A DNA stretch of 64,000 bases from Chthoniobacteraceae bacterium (GCA_044226525.1 JBGAGV010000006.1:157232-221231); one strand, 5' to 3'. Numbered from the stretch's first letter, positions 10,772 to 25,458 are shown. A program made the numbers and translations. The notes: generated by a model from the letters alone, not told the origin.

Positions 10772-10803
10772 GGGAGCGATGAATCGCGGGAAGGACGCGA
10801 CGC

Positions 10804-15465
<4,662 letters not shown>

Positions 15466-15526
15466 AGGACGTCTCGCCTGCGCAACTCACCAGATTCGTT
15501 CGGAAAATGGATGGGCCGCACTGCGA

Positions 15527-16231
15527 TCAGTCCACCGTCCTGGCGCGAATCAAATCGATAATCTTGGCGGGATCGAAGTGCCCGGGATTCAACTCCACTT
15601 TATGAACGCCCGTTGGGATTCCGGCGGCGGAAGTGCCCGAGGGCATCAAAGCGAGGACGGCTTTGCCTGCCGACGTCGCGACGTCGAGGTCCGCGCTCAC
15701 CAAGGGGCTGATTTCATCGTCGCCGACCAGCCCGACCACCGCGTCGGATTGCGCGATCATGCGGCGCAACGATTCCTTCCAGGATTCACCGGTGGCAATG
15801 CTCGTCTGGTCGAGGATCTCGTAGCCGGAATTCTTGAAGCTCTCGCGCAGCTTGGCGGCGGTGCGGGAGTCTTCGGTGCTGTAGGAGAGAAACACCGTCG
15901 GCGGCCGGCCGGAAGGCGAGGCCTGTGATGCTGCGGCCGGCTGTTCGCGGTCTGGATATTCCAGTTTGAGGTAGTGACGGAGCGAATGCTTCGTGCCGTC
16001 GAGAAGCACGACTTCGGCTCGGAGCATGAACGTTCCCCAGCCCGCCGTGGTGAGCCGGAAGGCATTGGCGCGATCCTCCACCGTGACGCGGGACTGGCTG
16101 AAGCTGGGGTGGAGGATCCAGACGACATGCTTCACTTCCTTCATTTCGGCCTCCGTCCCTTCCAGCCATGCCGACCAGCGCCAGTAGTCGTTGCCGACGT
16201 ATTCGTAGTCCTGTGCAATTCGGTAGCTCAC
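15527..16231 (-). CDS. Two-domain protein: N-terminal beta-rich (prokaryotic YEATS-like?) domain + C-terminal TIR domain
   Basis: GTG start at 16231 overlaps the TGA stop of the upstream gene (GTGA). The C-terminus is TIR-like: PTVFLSYSTEDSRTAAKLRESFKNSGYEILDQTSIATGESWKESLRRMIAQSDAVVGLVG... The N-terminus is VSYRIAQDYEYVGNDYWRWSAWLEG...KHVVWILHPSFSQSRVTVEDR..., a beta-rich module like those fused to TIR in conflict systems. Confidence 0.65.
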   Translation of the reverse strand: MSYRIAQDYEYVGNDYWRWSAWLEGTEAEMKEVKHVVWILHPSFSQSRVTVEDRANAFRLTTAGWGTFMLRAEVVLLDGTKHSLRHYLKLEYPDREQPAAASQASPSGRPPTVFLSYSTEDSRTAAKLRESFKNSGYEILDQTSIATGESWKESLRRMIAQSDAVVGLVGDDEISPLVSADLDVATSAGKAVLALMPSGTSAAGIPTGVHKVELNPGHFDPAKIIDLIRARTVD

Positions 16232-16938
16232 GCGTGTTCCTCCAGGCGCACGCCGCCCACGAAGGGGTCGATGGCGTGGCGCGATTGCCACATTTTTCCT
16301 CCCTGCCGCAGGCGAAGGCGAACACGTTCACCTTCTTTCAGCTTTGGGAGAATCGCGTAAGCGGCACCAGGTTCCAACCCGAGGCTGGCGCGTTCGAAGT
16401 CCCGGAATTGACCAGTCTGCGAGATGACCTGAAATTCGCACCTGTCCCCCTGCGTTTCGTCATAGCGCGCCGCCAGGTCGTCCGGTTCGATGCGAACTCG
16501 CGCGGCTTTGCCGTAGTCCCGTTTCCACAGGGCGATGGTGTTCATGAGTTTGAGGATGACATCGATTTCGCGGCCGGGCTGGTAGGGCGTGTATTCGTTG
16601 CCTGCGCCGAGGCCACGCGCCCGGAGCAGTTCGTGCAGGACGCGCATGGTCGGTTTTCTCAGGCCTTCGGCATACTGAAACTCGCTCAGGACGAAGGCGG
16701 GATCCGCGATGTCGCCGGCGTCGTTGGCTTGCGGGGTCACCAAGGCGATCAAACCGTCCGCATCCTCGATTCGCTTTTTCAGCGCGTCATCGAGCGGGCG
16801 ACCGCCGACATCGACGCCGTCGAGCACGCGCAAGCCCATCGCTTCGATTGTTCGAACGACGAATTTGCGTAACCGTTCGAGTTCGTTCTCGTGGTCTGGG
16901 TGAGGGCGGTAGGTGTAGGAAAGGAACAGCTTCTCCAT
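16228..16938 (-). CDS. TIR-like domain protein with uncharacterised C-terminal domain
   Basis: MEKLFLSYTYRPHPDHENELERLRKFVVRTIEAMGLRVLDGVDVGGRPLDDALKKRIEDADGLIALVTPQ... fits the TIR 'FxSY...G...D...I..S...ivvls' pattern. The C-terminal ~110 aa (…CEFQVISQTGQFRDF…RVRLRLRQGG…) is unassigned. It sits 10 nt downstream of the protease stop. Confidence 0.6.
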   Translation of the reverse strand: MEKLFLSYTYRPHPDHENELERLRKFVVRTIEAMGLRVLDGVDVGGRPLDDALKKRIEDADGLIALVTPQANDAGDIADPAFVLSEFQYAEGLRKPTMRVLHELLRARGLGAGNEYTPYQPGREIDVILKLMNTIALWKRDYGKAARVRIEPDDLAARYDETQGDRCEFQVISQTGQFRDFERASLGLEPGAAYAILPKLKEGERVRLRLRQGGKMWQSRHAIDPFVGGVRLEEHA

Positions 16939-16948
16939 CGCGTTGCGG

Positions 16949-18556
16949 CTAAGTCTTTTTTTCCTTGATGATGGCTTGGATCCACAAGCCTTCATTTGCT
17001 CCGTAGGTGCCGGCCTCGCCGTTCAAACGGGAGATTCCTTCCTTGCCGCCGAGATGGTGCAGGCCGACGACGCTCCATTCTTCATTGAAGACCGGGCTGC
17101 CGGAACTGCCGCCCTCGGTGGGGGCTCGATAGTGCAGCCGGACGACTCCCTCGATGGCCGGCCGGCCTTTGGTCGGTCCCTCATGATCGAGTAATTCGTT
17201 GTCTTGCAGCGAAAACGCCAGTTCCCGGCCTCCGGGATGGCCGATGACATAAACGCGCTGCGCCGGCTGTCCACCTGCCAGCGGAAGAGTCTTCCCGGCG
17301 GAGAGCGCCCCAACCCCTTGGGGCTGCTTCTTGAGCTTGAGGATGCTCGCGTCGTGGCGGTCGGGAGGAGAACTCCACAACACCTTTTCCACCTCGATGC
17401 GCTGAACCGGCGACAACGCCTCGAACACCACCTCGGCCGAGTCGGCCTTGATCGCCTCGCCCGATCCTTCCGCATTGACGACGTGGTGGTTCGTCAGCAC
17501 GACTAGCTCATCCAGGTCGAGGCCGAGATCGTGAGCCCGCATGAGAAAGCCCGTGCCCTGCCGACGAATCCCGCGCAATTCGATGGCCACCACGGAACGA
17601 GCCTTTTCCAGCCCAAGCAGCATCCACCGATACGTTTTCGGTCCGTCCGCCCCGAGAATCGCCTCGAGTTGGCCGCGGGCTGGTGTTGGCGTGGCGGCGA
17701 GTTTTTTGAAGTCCGTTGGGGTCAGTTCGAGGGTGCCACCTGGCTTCCGCATCAGTTGCGCCTGCAGAATAGCCAGCAAGGGGCGTCCGTGCTTCTTGTC
17801 TTCGTCCAGCCCCCACACTTCGCAAAACTGCCGCAGGGTGCTGCCCAGGTGGAAGGCTTCCACCTTCGGATGGGTGACATACGTCCTCAAATGGCGCGCG
17901 ACATTTTTCCAGTCTCCGAGGGCCAGACATGCCTCGGCCATGGTGGCGGCGTGCCACTCGTCTTGCTGGGAGGAGGGAACTTTTTCGAGCGCTTCCAACA
18001 CCCGTCGGGCCAGGTCCACCGGATCGAGTTCCGGTGCGGCCGGGATCCCCAGACGTCGTGCCGCAGCGAGAACGGCCACCACGTTGATTCCCTGCCATGT
18101 CCACGATCCTCCCGCATCGACCACGGCCCGATAGGCGGAAACGGCTTGCTGGAGCGCGGTGCGCGCCGCCGGCGAATGTTTGTCTCGTGCGTCGAAAAAG
18201 ATTTGTTTGTGTGCGCGCCCGAGCAGCCCGGTCGCTTCTCCCCAAGCTGGAAATGATTTCGGCAGCCATCCCGTCAAGGTGCGCAAGAGATCGATCGCCG
18301 CCGTCGCTTTACCAGTTTCGATCAAGGCCTGCGCATACCAGCACCGCACGACCGCATCCTCGGGCGCGTGCCGGCCCGCGGCCTCGGCGAGGCGCCCCAG
18401 CATGGCGAACTCCCGCATCCCTCGCAATTTTTTGGCAGTGGAGCCGGCGGCATAGAGGTCTTCATGGCTGGGGGTGCCACGCAAACGATCCAGGCATTCT
18501 TCCGCGGCGCGCAACAGGGCGGCGCGCGGATCCTCGGGATTCGCTGGCTGGCTCAT
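16949..18556 (-). CDS. Helical-repeat (TPR-like) N-terminal domain fused to C-terminal trypsin-like (S1) serine peptidase
   Basis: The C-terminus has ...VVLTNHHVV (His)...GGSSGSPVF (catalytic Ser, GxSGSP)...VVGLHHLGG. The N-terminal ~330 aa are alpha-helical and Ala/Leu-rich. The start ATG at 18556..18554 overlaps the stop of the upstream hydrolase (ATGA). Confidence 0.7.
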   Translation of the reverse strand: MSQPANPEDPRAALLRAAEECLDRLRGTPSHEDLYAAGSTAKKLRGMREFAMLGRLAEAAGRHAPEDAVVRCWYAQALIETGKATAAIDLLRTLTGWLPKSFPAWGEATGLLGRAHKQIFFDARDKHSPAARTALQQAVSAYRAVVDAGGSWTWQGINVVAVLAAARRLGIPAAPELDPVDLARRVLEALEKVPSSQQDEWHAATMAEACLALGDWKNVARHLRTYVTHPKVEAFHLGSTLRQFCEVWGLDEDKKHGRPLLAILQAQLMRKPGGTLELTPTDFKKLAATPTPARGQLEAILGADGPKTYRWMLLGLEKARSVVAIELRGIRRQGTGFLMRAHDLGLDLDELVVLTNHHVVNAEGSGEAIKADSAEVVFEALSPVQRIEVEKVLWSSPPDRHDASILKLKKQPQGVGALSAGKTLPLAGGQPAQRVYVIGHPGGRELAFSLQDNELLDHEGPTKGRPAIEGVVRLHYRAPTEGGSSGSPVFNEEWSVVGLHHLGGKEGISRLNGEAGTYGANEGLWIQAIIKEKKT

Positions 18557-19488
18557 ACCCCGAGCAAGCGGCGCAACTCCCGGCGCAGCACTGGCTGCCG
18601 GTAATATTTGGTGGCCGAATGAGGCCAGGCTCCCCCGTTGGCCACCTGGATGTCATGAACGGTTTCGGCCGCCTGCCGTTTATAGTCGTTGCGAAGATGG
18701 GGGTCGAAGCCGCACACCGGGTCGAGCGGATCGAAAACATTCACCCACTCGCCGGCCACTTTGCCGCTGGGAAAACCATCCGCGCGGGACCATTCCGGGC
18801 GCAGCTTGTCCTGCACTTCGTCGAGCCCGAGGGGACTGCCGAGCGTGATGAGCCCATCGACTTCCGGGCACCCGGCCACGCGCTTGAGGCAATCGTAGGC
18901 GATGACCGTTCCCATGGAGTGGCTCACCACGATATGCGGACGGCTGTCGACCCGCCCGAGAAGATTCACCGTGCGGCGTCGAATCTCGTCCTGAACGCGA
19001 AATGTCTCTCCGGGCCGCGGCGTCGATTCGACGTTGAACAAGTAGTGATGCACGTCGCGCAGGAAGGCGGCCATCATCGGCTTTTTCAAAAACCAGGGCA
19101 GTGGAATCCGTTCCAGCGGCTTGGTGCCCGTGGGTTCCGGTGCCTGAGTCGCGGTCGCGATTTCTTCATCCGAAAAATCGGTGAGATGGTGACGCAGAGC
19201 CTCGATGAATTCGGCCGACTCGGGTGAAACCGGCGTGGGCAACGCAGGATCGCCGCTCCCGTCGAGTGTGGCGGGCGTATTTTCGAGCACGCCTTCGTGC
19301 GCCGCGACGTCCAGATCGGGTGCCGGGTAAAGCACATCTGCCCAATAGACCAGACTGGAAGAAACTCCCAGAGCGCCCAACGCGAGCGGATCGTCTCCTG
19401 TGTCGGCCAGGGAGCGGCGCCAGATGTTCAGCAGCTCGTCCGCCGCCGGTTTGTTGGAGATGCCATGAATGAAAGTGACGTGCGCCAT
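18553..19488 (-). CDS. Alpha/beta-hydrolase (lipase/esterase-like, PGAP1/LCAT-like) protein
   Basis: MAHVTFIHGISNKPAADELLNIWRRSLA...VYWADVLY...IVVSHSMGTVIAYDCL (GxSxG nucleophile elbow HSMGT)...ITLGSPLGL. There is no signal peptide. It is the first gene of the minus-strand operon. Confidence 0.65.
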   Translation of the reverse strand: MAHVTFIHGISNKPAADELLNIWRRSLADTGDDPLALGALGVSSSLVYWADVLYPAPDLDVAAHEGVLENTPATLDGSGDPALPTPVSPESAEFIEALRHHLTDFSDEEIATATQAPEPTGTKPLERIPLPWFLKKPMMAAFLRDVHHYLFNVESTPRPGETFRVQDEIRRRTVNLLGRVDSRPHIVVSHSMGTVIAYDCLKRVAGCPEVDGLITLGSPLGLDEVQDKLRPEWSRADGFPSGKVAGEWVNVFDPLDPVCGFDPHLRNDYKRQAAETVHDIQVANGGAWPHSATKYYRQPVLRRELRRLLGV

Positions 19489-19697
19489 GGGATTCAGGAG
19501 GTGTGGGAGGGAGGGCTCGACGGTCGAGGGGGAGCAGGTTGCCCGAGACGGTTGGACTTTGGCAATTTAGAATCGCGTTGGGATCGGGAGGCATTCCTTC
19601 GAGAAAGATCAACGCGCGACGCGTCCGAGTTTTCTAAGACACTCGAATTGTCGGCTTCTCGCAGTCTCCCCTTGAAGGAAGGGGGCGGCGCACTTTA

Positions 19698-22600
19698 GTG
19701 CGGCGGATGTTCCGTCGCCTCCCCGCCTTCCGGCTTTTTTGCCTGTCCGGATTTTTCGCTGCTGCCCACGCATTCAGCCAGCAACCGCTGGCGCTGAGTT
19801 CGGCGGCACGATCGCAGATCGAACTCTTGAAGGCGGAGAAGGCCGAGCGCTCGCCGGAGCAACGCAAGATGGATTCGCGCCTCGTGCACCTCGTCAAAAA
19901 GCAACGAGGCGAACAGTTCGGCGCGGCGCTCTCCGCATTTGAGGCGAACATCAAGCCCGCGGCAGCAGGTGGGGAGTTGGTCGATATCGAGGGCACGGTC
20001 ACGGATGCATTGCTCGCGGGCTTGCACGCGGCCGGAGCGGAGATCGTGGCGAGTGTGCCGCGTTTTGGTGCGGTGCGGGCGCGGGTGCCGTGGGGCGAAC
20101 TCGAAGGCCTGGCGGCGCGGGCGGAGGTGAAGTTCATCAAGCCCGCCGCCCTGGCGCGAACGCGGGCGGGCTTGCAGACCAGTGCGGGTGATTTCACCCA
20201 CGCCGCGAATACCGCGCGGGCGAACTTTCAGGCGACGGGCCGCGGAGTGAAGCTCGGCGTATTGTCGAACAGTGTGGATTACCTGGCGAATGTGCAGGCC
20301 ACCGGCGATCTCGACGAGGTCACGGTGCTGCCGGGACAGGATGGCGTGGGTTACACCGGCGGTTCGCTGCCGAGCGAAGGCACGGCGATGCTGGAGATCG
20401 TGCACGACCTCGCGCCGGACACGGAGCTGTTCTTCGCGTCGGCATTCATCAGCGAAGCGCAGTTCGCACAGAACATCCTCGATCTGCGCAAGGCCGGTTG
20501 CGATATCATCGTGGACGACGTCTTCTACCTCGACGAGTCGCCGTTCATGGACGGGCCCGTGGCACAAGCGGTGGATGCAGTCGTGGCGGACGGTGCGCTT
20601 TACTTCAGCTCGGCGGGGAACGATGGAAACAAGAACGACGACACATCGGGGGTGTGGGAGGGCGATTTCAACGATGGCGGCGCGGCGAGCGCCCCGCTGA
20701 CTGCCAGCGGTCGCGTGCATCGCTTTGGCGTGGACAACTTTAACACCATCGTCGGTGGCAGCGATGCGGTGACGTTGTTCTGGGCCGACCCCTACGGTGC
20801 TTCAAGCAACGACTACGATCTCTACGTGCTCGATGCGACGGGGACGACGGTCCTCGCGTCATCCACGAATTTCCAGACAGGCTCGGAAGACCCGATCGAA
20901 TTTGTGCAATCGCCGGGCGCGGGAAGCCGGTTGGTGATCGTGAAAGCCGACGATGCGCAGCCGCGCTTTTTGCATCTCCAAAACTACAGCGGGCGTCTTT
21001 CGGTCAGCACGGCGGGGTCGTGTGCCGGACATGCCGCGGCCGCCGGTGCGCTGGCCGTGGCGGCGGTGAACGCGGCGACGTCGAGCCCGAATCCATTTGC
21101 CGGCGGCGCGGCGAACCCGATCGAGCAGTTCAGCAGCGATGGTCCGCGGCGCGTGTTTTACAATCACGACGGAACGCCCATCACGCCGGGGAACTTCGGC
21201 GTGACCGGCGGCAGCCTGCGGCAGAAGCCGGACATCGCCGCTGCGGATGGCGTAGCGACTTCCACCCCGAACTTCAGCGCGTTTTTTGGCACCTCGGCCG
21301 CCGCGCCGCATGCGGGGGCGGTCGCTGCGCTCTTGTGGAGCTACAACCGGGCGCTCACCCCGGCGCAGGTGCGGTCCGCACTCCTCAGCACCGCGCTCGA
21401 TATCGAAGGCGCTGGAATCGATCGGGATTCGGGGGCGGGCATCGTGATGGCGCCCGCAGCGATTCAAGCCGTCGATCCCGGACCGATCATCAGCTTCGTA
21501 GGTGCCGCCGTGGCGACGGAATCGTTTGCCCCTCCGAACTCGGCGGCCGATCCGGGGGAGACCGTCACGGTTTCGTTTACGCTGCAAAATGTCGGCGGTG
21601 CCGCCGGGGACATCACGGCCACGCTGCTGCCGGTGAACGGAATCGCGGCACCGAGTGGTCCGCAAAGTTACGGCACGCTCACCGCGGGAGGGGGACAGGC
21701 GGTGCGTGATTTCACCTTCACGGCCAACGGCGCGGGCGGTGGCACCTTGAATGCCACATTTGCCCTCCAGAGCGGCTCGACCCCGCTCGGCAATATCGTC
21801 GCCCCAATCGTCCTCGGTCCGGCGCAACCGGGCGCCGATCTCAATGTGCTCGTGTCGCCAGCGGGGCCGCTCAGCGTCGGCGATGCCGTCACGTTCACGG
21901 TGCAGGTCTTCAACAATGGTGGCACCCAGGCCGATGGAGTGACGCTCGATACGACGTTGCCCGGCGCGTTCATTCCGTTCGATGGGAATATTTCACAGGG
22001 CACTGGTTTCTTCGACGGTCAGCTCGTCTCCATCAGCTACGGTTCGATCCCTGCGGGCAGTTCGGCGACGCTCACGCTCGATTGCCAGGTGAAGAGCGCG
22101 GGCAGTCCGGTGGTGACTTTTACGAGTGGGTTGCAAGGGCTGGACAACGATCCCTCGAATAACACCGGCAGCGCCACCGTGGTGGTCGGTCGCCCCAATC
22201 TCACGCCCGCGCCGTTGATTCTCTCCACGGTTGCCGGCACCGACACCGACGCGGCGACGATCAATGCGACCCAGTCGGGTTTCGTGGATGTTGCGATGAA
22301 CAACGGCGGCAACGGGCCGGCGAGTCAGGCGCTTACCACGGAGCTTTATCTCGACGGCGTCCTGCAGCGGACCTTTACGCAGATGCTGCCAGTCGCGCCG
22401 GGCGCCGAGGCGCGGAATCTCGACGTGCCACTCGGCCTGTTGAGCGTGGGACAGCACACGCTCCGCGTGCGCGTGGACGCGGGCACCTCGGTGCCGGAAT
22501 CGGACGAGGCCGACAACGAAATCGTGCGCACGTTTACCGTCCTGCCGGGGCCGTCGCCGAATCTCGCGCCGGGCACGATTGCGGTCTCCAACACGACGGG

Positions 22601-24932
22601 GACGACGACCGACACGCCGGTCTTTCAAGTCACGGATTCGGTGTTCGTTGATTTTTCTGCGGTCAACGAAGGGCAGTTGGTCACCGGCACCGCGAGCACG
22701 GCGGATGTATTCCTCGACAACGTGCTCGTCTCACAGTCGCCCATCTCCGCGACGCTCGGAGTCGGGCAGACTGCGAGCGTGCTGGATCTTCCGCTCGGAT
22801 CGTTGGCTTCGGGTTCGCACACGATCCGCGTGGTGCTCGATTCGGGCAACGTGCTGGCTGAGTCGAACGAGACCGATAACGAGTTCACGAAGACGTTCAC
22901 GGTGAATGCCGCGCCGACGATCTCAGGTCTCGGCAATGTGAGGATCAATGAAGATAGCTCGACGGGGGCGCTGTCTTTCACTGTCGGTGACGTGGAAACA
23001 CCCGTGGCGGGCCTTACCGTGAACGCATCGTCGTCGGTGCCGTCGTTTGGCGTCGTCGTCGGAGGAAGCGGAGCGAACCGCACGGTGACGGTCACTCCTC
23101 CAGCCAATGCCAACGGAGCCGCGACGATCACCGTGACGGTGCAGGACGGCACCGGCGGACAGACGAGCGGCAGCTTCGTCGTTACGGTCGATCCGGTGAA
23201 CGATGCGCCGAGCTTCACCGCCAGTGGCAACGTGTCGGTGGCGGAAGATTCCGGCCCTGCGACGATCAATGCGTGGGCGACGAACATCAGCCCCGGACCG
23301 GCGGATGAGACTGCGCAAAGTGTCAGCTTCGCTCTCACGAACGATGCCCCGGCGTTGTTCTCCACCCAGCCCGCCTTGAGCTCAAGCGGGGTGCTCACGT
23401 TTACGCCTGCGCCGAATGCGAATGGGCAGTCGATGGTGACGGTTGTCGCGCACGACTCCGGCGGGCTCGAAGGCAGCTCGCCGATTACCTTCACCCTCAC
23501 GGTGACGTCAGCCAACGATCTGCCATCCTTTGCCCTTGGCGGTAACCTCGCGGTGGCTCAGGACGCAGGTCCGCAGACGATCGCCAACTTCGCGTCGAGC
23601 ATCAGCTCCGGCCCAGCCGATGAAGCGGCCCAGACGATCACATTCGCCGTGCAGGCTGTTGGCACGGGGCTCTTCTCCGTGGCCCCGGCGATTGCACCGA
23701 ATGGCACGCTCACGTTCACCCCGTCACCCACCGCCAGCGGCAAAACGAATGTCACCGTCACCGCGACCGATTCGGGCGGAGCGACGAGTGCCGTGCAAAC
23801 CTTCCAGATCGCGGTGACTTCGTTTGCCGGAAAAACGGGAAGCTACGCCGGGCTGATTGGGCCGGCGAGTCCAGTCGGGAGTTCCGTCGATCAGGTGGGG
23901 ATGATCAGCCTGCTCATTCGTCCGAAGGGCGATCTCTCCGGCCGTCTTGTGCTGGGTGGCGTGCGCTATTCCTTCAAGGGGTTCGTGCTCAACGATGGCC
24001 GCGTGCGTTTTGGCGGGGCGCAGAACACCGCCACCCTGGAGTTGCGCCGCCGAGGGAAGCCGACGCTCACACTGGCACTCAATCTGGATGTGACCGGGCC
24101 GACCGGCACGCTCGCCGGCACGGTCGCGCAGGGCGCCGGTTCCTTCGCTGTCGTGACGGCGGAGCGTGCGGGCTACGACGCGCGCACACACCCGGCGCTG
24201 CCTCCCCTCGTGGGAAATTACACCGCGCTCCTGGAGCATCGGACGGGCACGAACAACGGCGTGCCCCGTGCCTCCTATCCCCAAGGCGATGGTCCGGCGA
24301 CCTTTCGGATTAAAGCAAACGGTGTGATGTCGCTACGCGGAGCCCTGGCCGATGGAAGCGCGATCAGCGCGGCGGCGCCGCTTTCGGAAACGAACCTTTG
24401 GCCGTTCTATGCAGCCACGAATCGTGGGCGTGGCGCCGTGAGTGGCTTGGTCGATCTGGGGCTCGGCGGTAGCACATCCGCGGGCCTGCTCTGGCACAAA
24501 CCGGCGAATGCCCGCGCCATGCAATATCCCACGGGCTGGCCGGGCGGGATCATCATCGATCTGGTCGGCTCACCGCTCACCGTCACGAGCGGGCAGAGCG
24601 TTCTGCCGGGTCTTGGCACTGCGGATACCGATGGTAACGCTGAGTTTCGCGGGATGGACGGTGGACTCGCCTCGACTTTCCTGAAAGGGCTCTCCATCGA
24701 CTCAAAAGATCGCGTCCGCGTGATCAGTCCCACGGCCGACGCCTTCCGCCTCTCGCTCAAGCACAAGACCGGCCTGGTCAGCGGCCGATTCAGGCCCGTG
24801 GGCGAGGACCGTGTGCTCTCCTTCCGCGGAACCGTGCTCCAGTCCGAATCGCGGGTGAGTGGCTTCTTCATCGGTCGCAAGGAAGTCGGCAGCATCGGGG
24901 CCGTGGCCGACGATACCCCCGGCGTCCCGTAG
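19698..24932 (+). CDS. Giant secreted S8 subtilisin-family peptidase with multiple Ig-like/CARDB/cadherin-like repeat domains (1744 aa)
   Basis: Signal peptide MRRMFRRLPAFRLFCLSGFFAAAHA. S8 motifs are present: Asp region, SAGNDGN, GTSAAAPHAGAVAALL (Ser). Repeated ~95-aa modules (…VTVDPVNDAPSFTASGN…, …TVTSANDLPSFALGGN…) look like cadherin/Big-type repeats. CARDB-like modules are also present (…PNLAPGTIAV…ADNE…). Confidence 0.8.
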   Translation: MRRMFRRLPAFRLFCLSGFFAAAHAFSQQPLALSSAARSQIELLKAEKAERSPEQRKMDSRLVHLVKKQRGEQFGAALSAFEANIKPAAAGGELVDIEGTVTDALLAGLHAAGAEIVASVPRFGAVRARVPWGELEGLAARAEVKFIKPAALARTRAGLQTSAGDFTHAANTARANFQATGRGVKLGVLSNSVDYLANVQATGDLDEVTVLPGQDGVGYTGGSLPSEGTAMLEIVHDLAPDTELFFASAFISEAQFAQNILDLRKAGCDIIVDDVFYLDESPFMDGPVAQAVDAVVADGALYFSSAGNDGNKNDDTSGVWEGDFNDGGAASAPLTASGRVHRFGVDNFNTIVGGSDAVTLFWADPYGASSNDYDLYVLDATGTTVLASSTNFQTGSEDPIEFVQSPGAGSRLVIVKADDAQPRFLHLQNYSGRLSVSTAGSCAGHAAAAGALAVAAVNAATSSPNPFAGGAANPIEQFSSDGPRRVFYNHDGTPITPGNFGVTGGSLRQKPDIAAADGVATSTPNFSAFFGTSAAAPHAGAVAALLWSYNRALTPAQVRSALLSTALDIEGAGIDRDSGAGIVMAPAAIQAVDPGPIISFVGAAVATESFAPPNSAADPGETVTVSFTLQNVGGAAGDITATLLPVNGIAAPSGPQSYGTLTAGGGQAVRDFTFTANGAGGGTLNATFALQSGSTPLGNIVAPIVLGPAQPGADLNVLVSPAGPLSVGDAVTFTVQVFNNGGTQADGVTLDTTLPGAFIPFDGNISQGTGFFDGQLVSISYGSIPAGSSATLTLDCQVKSAGSPVVTFTSGLQGLDNDPSNNTGSATVVVGRPNLTPAPLILSTVAGTDTDAATINATQSGFVDVAMNNGGNGPASQALTTELYLDGVLQRTFTQMLPVAPGAEARNLDVPLGLLSVGQHTLRVRVDAGTSVPESDEADNEIVRTFTVLPGPSPNLAPGTIAVSNTTGTTTDTPVFQVTDSVFVDFSAVNEGQLVTGTASTADVFLDNVLVSQSPISATLGVGQTASVLDLPLGSLASGSHTIRVVLDSGNVLAESNETDNEFTKTFTVNAAPTISGLGNVRINEDSSTGALSFTVGDVETPVAGLTVNASSSVPSFGVVVGGSGANRTVTVTPPANANGAATITVTVQDGTGGQTSGSFVVTVDPVNDAPSFTASGNVSVAEDSGPATINAWATNISPGPADETAQSVSFALTNDAPALFSTQPALSSSGVLTFTPAPNANGQSMVTVVAHDSGGLEGSSPITFTLTVTSANDLPSFALGGNLAVAQDAGPQTIANFASSISSGPADEAAQTITFAVQAVGTGLFSVAPAIAPNGTLTFTPSPTASGKTNVTVTATDSGGATSAVQTFQIAVTSFAGKTGSYAGLIGPASPVGSSVDQVGMISLLIRPKGDLSGRLVLGGVRYSFKGFVLNDGRVRFGGAQNTATLELRRRGKPTLTLALNLDVTGPTGTLAGTVAQGAGSFAVVTAERAGYDARTHPALPPLVGNYTALLEHRTGTNNGVPRASYPQGDGPATFRIKANGVMSLRGALADGSAISAAAPLSETNLWPFYAATNRGRGAVSGLVDLGLGGSTSAGLLWHKPANARAMQYPTGWPGGIIIDLVGSPLTVTSGQSVLPGLGTADTDGNAEFRGMDGGLASTFLKGLSIDSKDRVRVISPTADAFRLSLKHKTGLVSGRFRPVGEDRVLSFRGTVLQSESRVSGFFIGRKEVGSIGAVADDTPGVP

Positions 24933-24938
24933 CCCCGC

Positions 24939-25300
24939 TTACTCCGGTCGCAGTTCGAAACGTCCGGTCGCCGCCGGACCGGTGAAGAAACCGGTCGCGC
25001 GATTGGTCTGTTGATAGATCGCACCGCTGAGCCGCGAGCGCTTGCCGGATGCCGGATGGATGAATGAACCGGTGATGACTCCGTTGCGGTGATTGATCTT
25101 AAGCGTGAGCCCGTCGGTCGAGGCGTCGTCGAGGGTGACGCGATCGGCTGTGCTGACCGCAATGCGATGACTGACGAGGGGAGTGCTGCCGCCATCGCGC
25201 AGATCAAATTGCGCATGGCCGGTGGGATAGCTCAGCGTCGCGTTCCCCTTCGGTGAAGTGAAAGCGAAGCGAACAGAACGAGACTGATGACACCAGGGAC
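24939..25300 (-). CDS. Hypothetical protein; C-terminal region resembles the C-terminus of the convergent S8 peptidase; 5' end uncertain (possible frameshift)
   Basis: ORF 24939..25553 is in frame. The plausible part begins around [29 protein letters not shown]...[50 protein letters not shown]. The upstream part of that ORF is low-complexity (RRRPRRPRP) and spans a heptamer tandem repeat. Confidence 0.3.
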
Positions 25301-25458
25301 GAGCCACCACACGCTGCGCTGCTGCCGAAGCCACGCCCACAGGCTGAAACCACCGGCAATTTTGAACAATGCGGCCAAGTTGCACTCCGGGAAGGCGCCA
25401 GAGGTCTCCTCGAATGCCACCGCTGACGGATAGTGTGTTTATTGTGTCTGTTTGGGGG

